Of a DNA stretch of 64,000 bases, positions 29,895 through 44,419 are shown piece after piece. The stretch is from an uncultured Actinomycetota bacterium. Lineage in GTDB: Bacteria > Actinomycetota > Actinomycetes > JAHEKZ01. Within the stretch, counting starts at the first letter, position 1; each line of letters begins with the position of its first letter. The position numbers and the translations under genes were made by a program. Where the stretch lies: contig CAWHIJ010000003.1 of NCBI GenBank assembly GCA_963829525.1, positions 2,624,001 to 2,688,000 of the forward strand, written 5' to 3'. Under the pieces are notes generated by a model. That model worked only from the letters and a program-made list of their open reading frames with translations. It made no database searches and was not told where the DNA came from.

Positions 29895-31343
29895 TCAGCC
29901 GAGTCGCTTCAGCACCAGCTCGGCCGCCGTGCGTCCGCACATCCCGTGCACGCCGCCACCTGGCGGCGTCGAGGACGAACAGAGGAAGATCCTGGGATCG
30001 GGAGTAGCCCATGGGGTGAAAGAGAGCCGAGGACGCGCGGCCATTTGACGCCAGTCGGAAACCCCTCCGGCTATATCACCCCCGACCTCGTTGGCGTTGT
30101 GAGCCTCCAACGCCGCCGGCCCCATCACGTGCCGTCCTAGCACCCGGTCACGAAAGCCGGGAGCGAAGCGTTCGATCTGACCCTCGATCGCATCGGTCAT
30201 GTCGACCTCGCATGCGTTCGGCACATGGCAGTACGCCCACAGTGTGTGCTTGCCCTCCGGCGCCCGAGACGGATCGGCACCCGTGGCCTGGGCCACCAGG
30301 ACGTACGGGCTCTCCGAGACCCGGCCGCGTGCGACGTCTCGTTCGGCGACCACGAGCTCGGCCATGCTCGCTCCCAGATGAATGGTTCCAGCGCCAGCCA
30401 GGCTTTCATCCGCCCATGGCACGGGTGCGTCGAGCGCCCAGTCGACCTTGAACACTCCTGCCCCGTAGCGCCACTGGGCGAGCCGCCGCCGGTAGGAAGG
30501 GGTGAATCTTGCTCCGGCGATCTGCAGCAACTGCCTGGGCGTCACATCGAACAGGACTGCACGCGCAGCTGGAATGTCAGCCATCGAGACGACGCGATGG
30601 CCGGTCCGCACATCGCCGCCGAGCGACTCGAGCCTACGCACAAGCGCATCGGCGATCGACTGCGAACCACCGACGGCCACTGGCCACCCGACGCCGTGCG
30701 CCAAGCCGCCGAGCAGCAGGCCGACGGCCGTGGTGAGCGGGGAAGCCAGGTCAAGCGTGGCGTGGGCCGCGAGGCCACCGAAGAGGGCGCGCGTCGACTC
30801 CTCGCGAAACACGGTGCTGGCGAACCAAGTGCTCGGCCAGAGCCCCGCAGCGCCGAAGGCCCCGGTGGTCAGCGGGGAACGAGGCGGCACCGCTAGAGGT
30901 TCGAGCACTCCATCAGCCATGGAGGCCCACCTGCGGCCGAGCGCGCCGACCGTTCGCGTCCAAGCAGCCCCGTCCCGCCCCAACTGGGCCGCGGTAGCGG
31001 CAACGTCTCGGTGCAGCAGGACCGACCTGCCCAAGGCCAACGGGTGTCCGAGCGGAACTTCTGGATGCGCGAGCCGAAGACCCTCTCGTTCGAGGCCGAG
31101 CTCGCGAAAGGCCGGCGAGGCCAGGGCGAGCGGGTGCGCTGTTGAGCAGACGTCATGGCGGAAGCCGGGAAGCGTGAGCTCCTCGGTGCGTGTTCCACCG
31201 CCATACTGTTCAGCTGCCTCGAGGACGAGGACTCGCCAACCTGCCTCCGCGAGTGTGACGGCTGCCACAAGGCCGTTAGGACCCGACCCGACAATGACGG
31301 CGTCCACGTCAGTCGTGGCTTGGACCCGCGCACCGGATGACAC
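29895..31343 (-). CDS. Phytoene desaturase-family FAD oxidoreductase
   Basis: GSGPNGL, LPGFRHDVCS, TPPGGGVHGMCG. Confidence 0.88.
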   Translation of the reverse strand: MSSGARVQATTDVDAVIVGSGPNGLVAAVTLAEAGWRVLVLEAAEQYGGGTRTEELTLPGFRHDVCSTAHPLALASPAFRELGLEREGLRLAHPEVPLGHPLALGRSVLLHRDVAATAAQLGRDGAAWTRTVGALGRRWASMADGVLEPLAVPPRSPLTTGAFGAAGLWPSTWFASTVFREESTRALFGGLAAHATLDLASPLTTAVGLLLGGLAHGVGWPVAVGGSQSIADALVRRLESLGGDVRTGHRVVSMADIPAARAVLFDVTPRQLLQIAGARFTPSYRRRLAQWRYGAGVFKVDWALDAPVPWADESLAGAGTIHLGASMAELVVAERDVARGRVSESPYVLVAQATGADPSRAPEGKHTLWAYCHVPNACEVDMTDAIEGQIERFAPGFRDRVLGRHVMGPAALEAHNANEVGGDIAGGVSDWRQMAARPRLSFTPWATPDPRIFLCSSSTPPGGGVHGMCGRTAAELVLKRLG

Positions 31344-31525
31344 CGCTCCACCCTCTCAGGTGCATCGATCAGGGCGAGGGTCGACAGGCGACCAAGGTAG
31401 AAACGCCGGTAGCATCGGGAGGGCGAGTTCCGGGCTCATCCTGCGGAGCTCGCACCTGGCCGTGACCGGTCGCACCGCTGCCCAGGCGGACGGGCGACCC
31501 AAGGACTCGACAACGGAGGCGTCAG

Positions 31526-31918
31526 GTGCCCACCGCACCAGCTGGCACCCTGTACCGCGGCCGCGAAGGCATGTGGTCGTGGGTGGCGCATCGGATCACC
31601 GGGGCGCTCACCTTCTTCTTTCTGTTCGCCCACGTGCTGGACACGGCTCTGGTGCGCGTCTCTCCCGAGGCATACGACACCGTCATTGCTACCTACAAGA
31701 ACCCCGTCGTCAATCTGCTCGAAGTGGGGCTGGTCGGCGCCGTGCTTTTCCACGCGCTGAACGGCCTCCGGGTGATCGCCATCGACTTCTGGAGCAAGGG
31801 CCCGAAGTACCAGCAGGCCATGCTCTGGTCGATCGTGACGGTGTGGATGCTCCTGATGGTTCCTGGCGTCTACTTCATGCTCGAGCACACTGTCAGCTCT
31901 ATCTTCGGGAGCGCCTGA
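31526..31918 (+). CDS. sdhC: Succinate dehydrogenase cytochrome b subunit
   Basis: WVAHRITG, HALNGLR; first gene of the sdh operon; SD GGAGG. Confidence 0.95.
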   Translation: MPTAPAGTLYRGREGMWSWVAHRITGALTFFFLFAHVLDTALVRVSPEAYDTVIATYKNPVVNLLEVGLVGAVLFHALNGLRVIAIDFWSKGPKYQQAMLWSIVTVWMLLMVPGVYFMLEHTVSSIFGSA

Positions 31919-31919
31919 C

Positions 31920-32339
31920 ATGACACCCATCGAAGCTCCCGATATTCCGGCGCCGCGGTCGCAGAAGACTTTTGGTTCCAGCGGCCGGTCGAACTTCGAG
32001 CTCTACTCCTGGCTCTTCATGCGAGTTTCCGGCCTGGTGCTGATCTTCTTGGTCCTTGGCCACCTCTTCATCATGAACATCTTGGATGGCGGGGTGCAGC
32101 GCATCAACTTCGCCTTCGTCGCCGGCCGCTGGTCTTCTCCCTTCTGGCAGGTGTGGGACCTCCTGATGCTGTGGTTGGCGCAGCTGCACGGTGGCAACGG
32201 ACTCCGCGTGATCATCAATGACTACGCGGAGCGTGACACCACGCGCATCTGGCTGAAGTCGGCGCTCTACGCGTCCATGGTGCTCATTCTCGTCACCGGC
32301 ACCTTGGTGATCTTCACCTTCGATCCGAACATCAGCTGA
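31920..32339 (+). CDS. sdhD: Succinate dehydrogenase membrane anchor
   Basis: [19 protein letters not shown]. Confidence 0.95.
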   Translation: MTPIEAPDIPAPRSQKTFGSSGRSNFELYSWLFMRVSGLVLIFLVLGHLFIMNILDGGVQRINFAFVAGRWSSPFWQVWDLLMLWLAQLHGGNGLRVIINDYAERDTTRIWLKSALYASMVLILVTGTLVIFTFDPNIS

Positions 32340-32352
32340 GGAGCGCTACCTC

Positions 32353-34097
<1,745 letters not shown>

Positions 34098-34098
<1 letters not shown>

Positions 34099-34868
34099 TG
34101 ACAGCCACTGTCGACTCCCCCATCGACCACGCGCCAGAGAGCGGGTCAGCCCTCCTGCGGCGGAATGTGACGCTGCGCATCCGCCGATTCAACCCCGAGG
34201 CCGGAGACACCGAGCCGTCGTGGCACGACTACCCCGTCGAAGTCCTTCCCACCGACCGCATTCTCGACGCCCTCAACAAGATCAAGTGGGAACAGGACGG
34301 CACCCTGACATACAGGCGATCTTGTGCCCACGGGATCTGCGGATCAGATGCCATGCGCATCAACGGCCGGAACCGGCTGGCCTGCAAGACGCTGATCAAG
34401 GATCTCAACATGGATGCAGCGATCACGGTGGAGGCGATCAAGGGCCTACCGCTGGAAAAGGACCTCGTCGTCGACATGGAGCCGTTCTTCCAGGCGTACC
34501 GCGACGTGAAGCCTTTCCTTATCACTGAGGGGCACGAGCCAACGCGCGAGCGCCGCCAGAGCCAGCATGACCGCGAGAGGTTCGACGACACCACCAAGTG
34601 CATTCTCTGTGCCGCATGTACCACCTCATGTCCGGTCTTCTGGACCGATGGCCAGTACTTCGGCCCGGCTGCCATCGTCGGTGCGCACCGCTTCATCTTC
34701 GACAGCCGTGACGAAGGAGCGTCTCAGCGCCTCGACATCCTCAACGACCGGGAGGGGGTTTGGCGCTGCCGGACCACCTTCAACTGCACTGAGGCTTGCC
34801 CTCGTGGCATCGAGATCACCCAGGCTATCCAGGAGGTCAAACGCGCTTTGATCTCCCGGCGCATCTGA
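34098..34868 (+). CDS. sdhB: Succinate dehydrogenase iron-sulfur subunit
   Basis: SCAHGICGSD, CILCAACTTSCP, CRTTFNCTEACP. Confidence 0.97.
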
Positions 34869-34900
34869 TGTCTGACGCCTCCAGGTAGCCTCACCAGATC

Positions 34901-35986
34901 ATGTCGATCTTCCCAAGGGTCCTCGCCGCCGTCCTTGTCGTCGGGACCGTCGGCCTGCCACTCCATGCATCAGCGAAAACCGCAGATCCTCTTGACGGGG
35001 CCGGCGTCGTGGTCGACGGTCACGCGCCTCCGAAGGTCTGGGCGAAGTCCTGGGTCGTGGCCGATGCTGACACTGGCCAGATCCTGGCAGCCAGGAATGC
35101 GCATGAGCGACTTCGTCCGGCCAGCACTCTCAAGACCCTCACCGCAGTAACGCTGCTCCCCCAGCTCGATCTCCAATCCAGCTACAGAGTGCAATGGGAA
35201 GACGCCAGGGTTGTCGGCAGCGCCGTCGGGATCGTCCCGGGCTCGCGCTACTCCATCGATCAGCTCTTCTATGGCCTGATGCTCCCCAGCGGAAACGATG
35301 CAGCGAGGGCTCTTGCGTCGGCGGCCGGAGGTTTGCATCACACGGTCCGCGCAATGAACGCAGAGGCGGACGCCCTGGGAGCCCATGACACGCGGGCAGT
35401 CAACCCCACTGGCCTGGATGCCGCCGGACAGTTCACGTCCGCATTCGACCTGGCGATCTTCGCGCGCGAAGGCCTCGCTGATCGTGACTTTCGCCGCTAT
35501 GTGTCGACGGTGTCGACAGCGTTTCCGGCTCAGGAGCCCAAGCAGGACAAACGGCGCGATACCTACATGATCTACAACCAGAATCCGCTGCTCCTGGAGG
35601 GTTACCGCGGAATCCTCGGGGTCAAGACCGGGTACACAACCAAGGCGGGGCGGACGTTCGTCGCCGCTGCCCATCGCGGTGGGCACACGCTGATCGTCAC
35701 CCTGATGGGCATCCTCGAACCGAGCGAGAACGCAGCCAAGCGCCTGTTGGCTTGGGGCTTCTCCCAGCGCGACGCCGTGACAGCCGTTGGATCGCTCGAC
35801 GAACAGGTGCGGGCGCCAAGCCCCGACCACGCCCCCACGTTGACGGCACCTCCACCACAGGCTGCTGGCGTGAGCTCGGGCACCATCAACGCTGGCGACT
35901 CGTCAGTTCAGGGCGTCATCCTGTGGGTAGTGGCCGGTGCCGGGCTGCTGCTCGGTGGCTGGTGGCTGCAGCGCAGGAGGAACTGA
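34901..35986 (+). CDS. D-alanyl-D-alanine carboxypeptidase (low-MW PBP)
   Basis: Signal peptide, STLK, SGN, KTG, C-terminal TM. Confidence 0.92.
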   Translation: MSIFPRVLAAVLVVGTVGLPLHASAKTADPLDGAGVVVDGHAPPKVWAKSWVVADADTGQILAARNAHERLRPASTLKTLTAVTLLPQLDLQSSYRVQWEDARVVGSAVGIVPGSRYSIDQLFYGLMLPSGNDAARALASAAGGLHHTVRAMNAEADALGAHDTRAVNPTGLDAAGQFTSAFDLAIFAREGLADRDFRRYVSTVSTAFPAQEPKQDKRRDTYMIYNQNPLLLEGYRGILGVKTGYTTKAGRTFVAAAHRGGHTLIVTLMGILEPSENAAKRLLAWGFSQRDAVTAVGSLDEQVRAPSPDHAPTLTAPPPQAAGVSSGTINAGDSSVQGVILWVVAGAGLLLGGWWLQRRRN

Positions 35987-35999
35987 CTCCAGACACGTT

Positions 36000-36939
36000 C
36001 TAGTCCTCCACCGTGGGGAGTTTGACCGGGCCGCCACTCATGCGATCGAGATACGCCACCTCCTCGACCGTCCTCGGGGCACCCTCACACACGGCAACCC
36101 AGCAGGCGAAGTAGAGCAGCACTGCCGACGCCACGTAGAGGAAGACCAGCAACGCAGCGGCCACCGCGAGAGCGCCGTACACGGGGTTGCTCAAGGTGCT
36201 ACCGACGACGAGAAAGGAGAGCTCGGTCAGTACGAGGAGGGCCAGCGTTGTGTAGAGCGAGCCGAGAAGGACCGGCCGCCAACGGCGTCCCGTTCGCTTC
36301 CACCAGGCCAGCCCGTAAAGGGAGGCAACGACAAGCCAAACAAGGAGCCCCAGGATCAGCGCCCCACTGAGGGTCACGAACCAGCTTGAGCTTTCGTCGA
36401 CGCCCACCCACTCCAGTGCCGACGTTCCGAACGCCTCAACGATGACTGCGCCAGCCAGCGCGACCAGGAGAATCGTTCCCATCAATAGCAACGAGACCGT
36501 GTCCTGTAGCCGAAGAAGCAGCCAGTTCCGCGGTCGCCGCATTGCACCCTGCATGCGGCGAACACCCTCCATTGTCGAGTCGACCCATCCAAGACCGGCC
36601 ACCAAGAGACCAACGACGGCGATGACTCCTGCGTTGACTGTCGCGTTGGCAACACTCTCGATGTCAACGGGCGGCTGCCCGCTCTCTGGGTCGAAGAGCA
36701 GCGGAAGGGCTTCCTTGAGAAACAGCTCGACCTCGACTCGGACCTCGGGAAGGTTCGACAGCACGATGCCGAATGCGATGAATGCGAGCACCAGCAGAGG
36801 GAAGAGAGCGAGATAGCCAAAGAGCGCGATTCCAGCTGCCCATCGGGTGAAACGCAGACCATTGGCCCGATCGATCGCTTGAAGGTGTCGGTCGAAGAAC
36901 GGGATGCGCGCGAGCCTCGCCCGAGCACGGGCGATCCAT

Positions 36940-36947
<8 letters not shown>
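36000..36947 (-). CDS. YihY/virulence factor BrkB family membrane protein
   Basis: LALFPL, multiple TM helices, NPVYGAL; usual position downstream of trpS. Confidence 0.82.
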
Positions 36948-39789
<2,842 letters not shown>

Positions 39790-39899
39790 CTTTCAGCCCC
39801 CTGGGTACTAGGGGGTTCCATCTCTCCAGCGTAACGGGGTGGCCTCCGAAGTCCCACTGCACAGCCCTTTCGGCAACGGTCTGATCGCTCCTGGTCCAG

Positions 39900-41606
39900 C
39901 TAGCGACGTGGGCGCGGCCTCACCAGTCGCCACAGATAGTTGGCAACCAAGACCGCGGCGACAACAAGTGAGGCCCCGTACGCGAAATTGCTTGCATCAG
40001 CCAACCGCTGGTTGTCCTCCGACGTGAAGACGCTCGAGGCCACAGCTGAGCCGACGAGCGCCCCGGCAACGAGGACGGCAACGACGACCATCGAGGTAAT
40101 CGATCTCGCCGCCTCCATCTGCCGGTCCAAGGCGCTGGTGTCGACGTAGACAGTCAGCCGACCGCTTTTGAGCTGGTCACGCCAGGAGAACAGCCCCCGT
40201 AGGTAGTCCGGTGCGGCTTGGAAGGCCTCACTCAGCATCTTTGACCCTTCCCGGCGCGCAGCATCCTCGATCACTCCGTCGGCGATGGCCTCCTGCCCCA
40301 GCTCTATCGAGGCTTTGAGGGCTTCGCTGGTGAAGGGGTGCTCAGGGTCGGCGAGCGGCGTGAAGAAGGCCGAGGCCTGGGTCAATGACTTCAACGCCAG
40401 TGTCAGCTGTGGGTCCAGGCGATAGCCGCAGTCACGAAGGATCGACATAGAGGTGGACATCACGTCCTTGACGTCGGCACCGGTCCCGCGCCCGTAGCGA
40501 GCCATCCGCCGCTCGAACTCCTTGCCGAAACGCTCGGGATCGGCATCGTCGCGGAATGGCACGCTGAGGGCGCGCAGCTGACGCCCCATGCCGTTCACGT
40601 CATCCTTGACGAACATCCATAGGAGCAGCACCAAGTTCGCTCGCTGCGCGACAGTTATCTGTCCGACCATCCCGGCGTCCAGGAAAGTGACAACTCCGGT
40701 GTCGAGGTTGACGAACAAGTTTCCAGGGTGGGGGTCTGCATGGAAGTAGCCGTCGATCATCAGCATCTTGATCGCAGCCCGAAGCGCGGCTTTGGCCACC
40801 GCCGAGGGATCAAGACCCGCGTCGCGCATCGCCTCGACGTTGGAGATCTTCACGCCGCTGATGAACTCCTGCGTAAGGACCCGCTTAGCCGAAAGCGACC
40901 GGTAGACCTTGGGGATGTGCACACCATCGATTCCCGAGAGGTTCTCAGCGAGCCGCTCCATGTTGTAGGCCTCGCCGTAGTAGTCCAGCTCGTCCATCAG
41001 CGACGACCCGAACTCCGACAGCATGGAGCTGAGCCCGATCTCGCGGGCGTACTTGCTGCGAGCCTCGGCAGTACGCCCGTATGTGCTTGCGACTCCCAAG
41101 TCAGCTTTGACTTGTGGTTCCAACGCTGGGCGCTGCACCTTCACCACAACTTCGTCACCGTCGACAGTTGTCGCACGATAAACCTGCCCCAAAGAGGCAG
41201 CGGCCAGAGGCGTCGTTTCGAACGTCGCGAACAGCTGTTCGGGGGGTGCCCCCAGCTCATCGATGATCACCTGGCGAGCAGCCTCGTACGGTGCAGGCGG
41301 AACGTCACTCTGCAGTAGCTCAAGTTCGTGACGCCACTCGTCGGGCAAGGTGCTTGCCTGGCTTGAGACGATCTGGCCCAGCTTGACGTAGGTCGGTCCC
41401 AGGTTCTCCATGAGCAGTCGGGTTCGTGTCGCGATCGAGAGCTCGGGAGGTGGTGCCTCCAGTCGATAGATCCAACCCTGCAGCCGGCGACGTGGTGCTC
41501 CCAACCACGTGCGGTCGATCAGTGACTCGGTACCGAACTGCAGAACCGTGCTGTAGATCTCCTGAAGCCGCCGGTTTTGATGGATGGTGTCGATGCCGCC
41601 ACTCAT
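39900..41606 (-). CDS. ABC1/AarF (UbiB family) atypical kinase
   Basis: LGPTYVKLGQ, AAASLGQV, VKVQRP, HADPHPGN, LDAGM; two C-terminal TM; SD AAGGAGG. Confidence 0.92.
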   Translation of the reverse strand: MSGGIDTIHQNRRLQEIYSTVLQFGTESLIDRTWLGAPRRRLQGWIYRLEAPPPELSIATRTRLLMENLGPTYVKLGQIVSSQASTLPDEWRHELELLQSDVPPAPYEAARQVIIDELGAPPEQLFATFETTPLAAASLGQVYRATTVDGDEVVVKVQRPALEPQVKADLGVASTYGRTAEARSKYAREIGLSSMLSEFGSSLMDELDYYGEAYNMERLAENLSGIDGVHIPKVYRSLSAKRVLTQEFISGVKISNVEAMRDAGLDPSAVAKAALRAAIKMLMIDGYFHADPHPGNLFVNLDTGVVTFLDAGMVGQITVAQRANLVLLLWMFVKDDVNGMGRQLRALSVPFRDDADPERFGKEFERRMARYGRGTGADVKDVMSTSMSILRDCGYRLDPQLTLALKSLTQASAFFTPLADPEHPFTSEALKASIELGQEAIADGVIEDAARREGSKMLSEAFQAAPDYLRGLFSWRDQLKSGRLTVYVDTSALDRQMEAARSITSMVVVAVLVAGALVGSAVASSVFTSEDNQRLADASNFAYGASLVVAAVLVANYLWRLVRPRPRR

Positions 41607-42082
41607 GTCGCGTCCTCCTTGTCCGAGCGGTCGAGAACGGGATAGTTCGTCCCGGCTAGGGCATCGAGAACCATGCCCAGGATGCCGACGATCAACCCGC
41701 CTACCAGCAGCTGCCACAGACGGTCATAGGTGATCAAGTCGCTCAGCACCACGGTGAGCAACCACAGAAGCACGCCGTTCACCAGAATGTTGATCAGCCC
41801 GTACGACGACACGAGGAACCGCAGTGAGAAGAACTGGACGGCAGGTTTGACGAACGTGCTGATCAGCGCGTACACGCCGGCCACTAACCAAAACTGGCCG
41901 ATTCGCCAACCGGTGAAGGCCAGGCCCGGAGTTATGAGGACTGTCAGCGTTACTGCCAGCCCACTGGTGATGAGCCGCACCAGGATGAGTCGCCAGTTCA
42001 GGCTGTGTAAGCGCACCGCGGCACGCCGGTTTGCGACGCCGGGGACTTCAAGAGTCGCATCGGTGATGATGACGTCAGCCAT
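41603..42082 (-). CDS. 4-TM membrane protein, phage holin family (YvlD/DUF360-like)
   Basis: FVKPAV...SYGLINILVNG pattern; SD GAGGAGG; ATGA-coupled to the kinase. Confidence 0.75.
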   Translation of the reverse strand: MADVIITDATLEVPGVANRRAAVRLHSLNWRLILVRLITSGLAVTLTVLITPGLAFTGWRIGQFWLVAGVYALISTFVKPAVQFFSLRFLVSSYGLINILVNGVLLWLLTVVLSDLITYDRLWQLLVGGLIVGILGMVLDALAGTNYPVLDRSDKEDAT

Positions 42083-42156
42083 GTTGGGTCCGCCTCCTCT
42101 GTTCGCCTGGGCGTGCCCATTCTGGTCCAAGCCGAGGCCGACCGGAGCCCTGACGC

Positions 42157-42175
42157 ATGACCCGTTCTGGGTGAT
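42157..42175. promoter_or_regulatory. Imperfect inverted repeat upstream of the holin-like/ABC1 operon
   Basis: ATGACCC-GTTCT-GGGTGAT (one mismatch). Confidence 0.4.
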
Positions 42176-42191
42176 TCCGACCGCTCCTACG

Positions 42192-42974
42192 TCAGGACTC
42201 GATCTCGGGCGGCAGCCCTCCGACCCCCCACGCATCGGCCCCACCATCGACGGTCATCACCGTTCCGGTGACATAGCTGGCGGCGTCCGAGAGCAGGAAG
42301 GAAATCACCGCAGCAACCTCCTCCGGTCGCCCAAGCCGCTTCATCGGGATCATCTCTGCCCACTCCTCGACGACGGTGCCGTATTGGTCGAGGCCTTCGG
42401 TGGCCACGGCCCCGACGCTGACACAGTTGGTGCGGATTCCGTAGCGCGACCACTCCATCGCCAGCCCTGTCGCGAGGTTCTCAACAGCTGCTCGAGCCGA
42501 AGCGGCGTGAGCGGCCTGGGGCATCCCTCGACGCGGACTGAACCCAACGAAGACCACGCTGCCTGACCGTTGCGGGATGAGCGCGCGGTTGGCTACCTCC
42601 CTGGTCACCGACCAGGCGGCCTCGACCGCCAACCGGTGAACGGCGCGGAATCCGCCGAGGGTGATGTTCTCCGCGTTCGCAGTGAACTGTCCTCCTGCGT
42701 TGTTTACCAGTGCATCGATCCGCCCACCCTCGTCGATGACTCGGCCGATGAACGCCTCGACTTGGTCCGGCTCACGGACGTCACACGTGTCGGCAAGACA
42801 GACACCGCCACCAAAGACAATCTGCTCCCGAACACCCTCCAGCGGCTCGGGGCGACGGCCACACACCGCGACGCGATACCCCTCGGCCGAGAGCTGAAGT
42901 GCGGTGGCCCGGCCGATTCCGGTGCCGCCACCGGTGACGACCGCCACGCGCCCATGCGGATCAGAGCGGTTCAT
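42192..42974 (-). CDS. SDR oxidoreductase (2,4-dienoyl/trans-2-enoyl-CoA reductase-like)
   Basis: TGGGTGIG, NNAGGQF, HAASAR in place of YxxxK, VDGG. Confidence 0.85.
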   Translation of the reverse strand: MNRSDPHGRVAVVTGGGTGIGRATALQLSAEGYRVAVCGRRPEPLEGVREQIVFGGGVCLADTCDVREPDQVEAFIGRVIDEGGRIDALVNNAGGQFTANAENITLGGFRAVHRLAVEAAWSVTREVANRALIPQRSGSVVFVGFSPRRGMPQAAHAASARAAVENLATGLAMEWSRYGIRTNCVSVGAVATEGLDQYGTVVEEWAEMIPMKRLGRPEEVAAVISFLLSDAASYVTGTVMTVDGGADAWGVGGLPPEIES

Positions 42975-43065
42975 CTGCTCACTGTTGCAGCACCCCGCTT
43001 GCCGCGCAGCCACATCAGAGAATCGGTACAGGGCCGGGACGTGGCCCGTCGGTAAGGTTGTTGGA

Positions 43066-44382
43066 ATGGAGGACCAGCCAGTTGCGAGCGCACGGATCGC
43101 TCGCCGGAGCCCGCTTGTTGGCACGCTCCGGGTCCCCGGCGACAAGTCTGTCTCGCACCGCGCGCTGATCCTGGCTGGCCTGGCAAAAGGCGTCTCGACC
43201 ATCACCGGGCTTTCAGCCGGGCTCGACGTCCGGCACACCCGCCAGATCATGGCCGCCCTGGGCGTGCACATCGACGAGGCTGACGATGCGCGGGACGACC
43301 AACCGGTGGGAACGCTGACCATCACCGGTGGAGACCTTCACGAAGCGGCAGGGGTTCTCGACGTAGGGAATTCCGGAACTGGTGCCCGGCTGCTCGCAGG
43401 CGTCTGCGCCGGTCAGCCCTTTCGAAGCGTGATCACCGGAGACGCGTCCATCGCCACTCGACCGATGGACCGAGTCGTCGAGCCGCTACGTGCTATGGGC
43501 GCCAAGATTGACGGCCGTGAACGTGGGCGGTTTACCCCCCTGACCATCAGAGGCGGCCAACTGCACGGCATCGACTACACGCCGCCAATGGCCAGCGCGC
43601 AGGTCAAGTCGGCGATCTTGCTGGCGGGGCTGTTCGCTGACGAAGCGACGATCGTCCGTGAGAGGGTCCCGACCCGGCGGCACACCGAGGAGATGCTCGC
43701 CGCACACGGTGTGGACGTCGCGACCGAGAAGATTGGGGGCGGATCTGTCATCACTTTGCAGCCCGGCCCGGTCATGCCCGGTCAGTTTGCCGTTCCCGGC
43801 GATCCCTCACAGGCGGCTTTCTGGATTTGCGCAGCAGCAGCGATCATCGGTTCGGACGTGACCGTGGAGAATCTCTACCTCTCTCCCGAACGCAGTGGCT
43901 TCCTCGACGTCCTGCTCGCCATGGGCGCCGACCTCGAGATCGACCGAGCGGGCGGGACCGTCCGTGCTCGCGGACGCGAGCTGCAGGGCACCGTCGTCTC
44001 TGGCGAGCAACTGCCCGATCTGATCGATGAGGTGCCAGCACTTGCCATCGCAGGTGCACTGGCGGCAGCCGGGTCACTCGACTTCCAGGACGCTGCGGAG
44101 CTGCGCGCCAAGGAGAGCGACCGGATCGAGACGGTCGCGGCGATGGTGCGGGCCCTCGGTGGTCGGGTGAGCACGGGTCAGGACTCCCTGACCATTTTGG
44201 CGGGGACGCTGCGTCCTGGGGTCGTCGAGTCGCACCACGACCACCGGATCGCGATGGCGGCGGCAGTGGCCGCCTGTGGCCTCGCCGATGTGGGCGAGAT
44301 CGAGATCCGAGGATGGGGCGCAGTCGATACCAGCTACCCCGGCTTCCTCAGCGACCTGGAGAGTCTCAGCTCAGTCACCTGA
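43066..44382 (+). CDS. aroA: 3-phosphoshikimate 1-carboxyvinyltransferase (class II-type EPSPS)
   Basis: PGDKSVSHR, GNSGT, RPMDRV, SAQVKS, RRHTE, KESDR, DHRIAM. Confidence 0.93.
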   Translation: MEDQPVASARIARRSPLVGTLRVPGDKSVSHRALILAGLAKGVSTITGLSAGLDVRHTRQIMAALGVHIDEADDARDDQPVGTLTITGGDLHEAAGVLDVGNSGTGARLLAGVCAGQPFRSVITGDASIATRPMDRVVEPLRAMGAKIDGRERGRFTPLTIRGGQLHGIDYTPPMASAQVKSAILLAGLFADEATIVRERVPTRRHTEEMLAAHGVDVATEKIGGGSVITLQPGPVMPGQFAVPGDPSQAAFWICAAAAIIGSDVTVENLYLSPERSGFLDVLLAMGADLEIDRAGGTVRARGRELQGTVVSGEQLPDLIDEVPALAIAGALAAAGSLDFQDAAELRAKESDRIETVAAMVRALGGRVSTGQDSLTILAGTLRPGVVESHHDHRIAMAAAVAACGLADVGEIEIRGWGAVDTSYPGFLSDLESLSSVT

Positions 44383-44388
44383 CAGCAC

Positions 44389-44411
44389 CCCGCCGAGACA
44401 TCGGCGGGTTT
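44389..44411. terminator. Hairpin between convergent aroA and ppx
   Basis: CCCGCCGA-GACA-TCGGCGGG followed by TTT. Confidence 0.65.
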
Positions 44412-44419
44412 GAAAGGGG

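Noticed and set aside
41603-42082. Holin-family gene as evidence of a prophage
   Set aside because: No integrase, endolysin or structural genes; this family is common on chromosomes.
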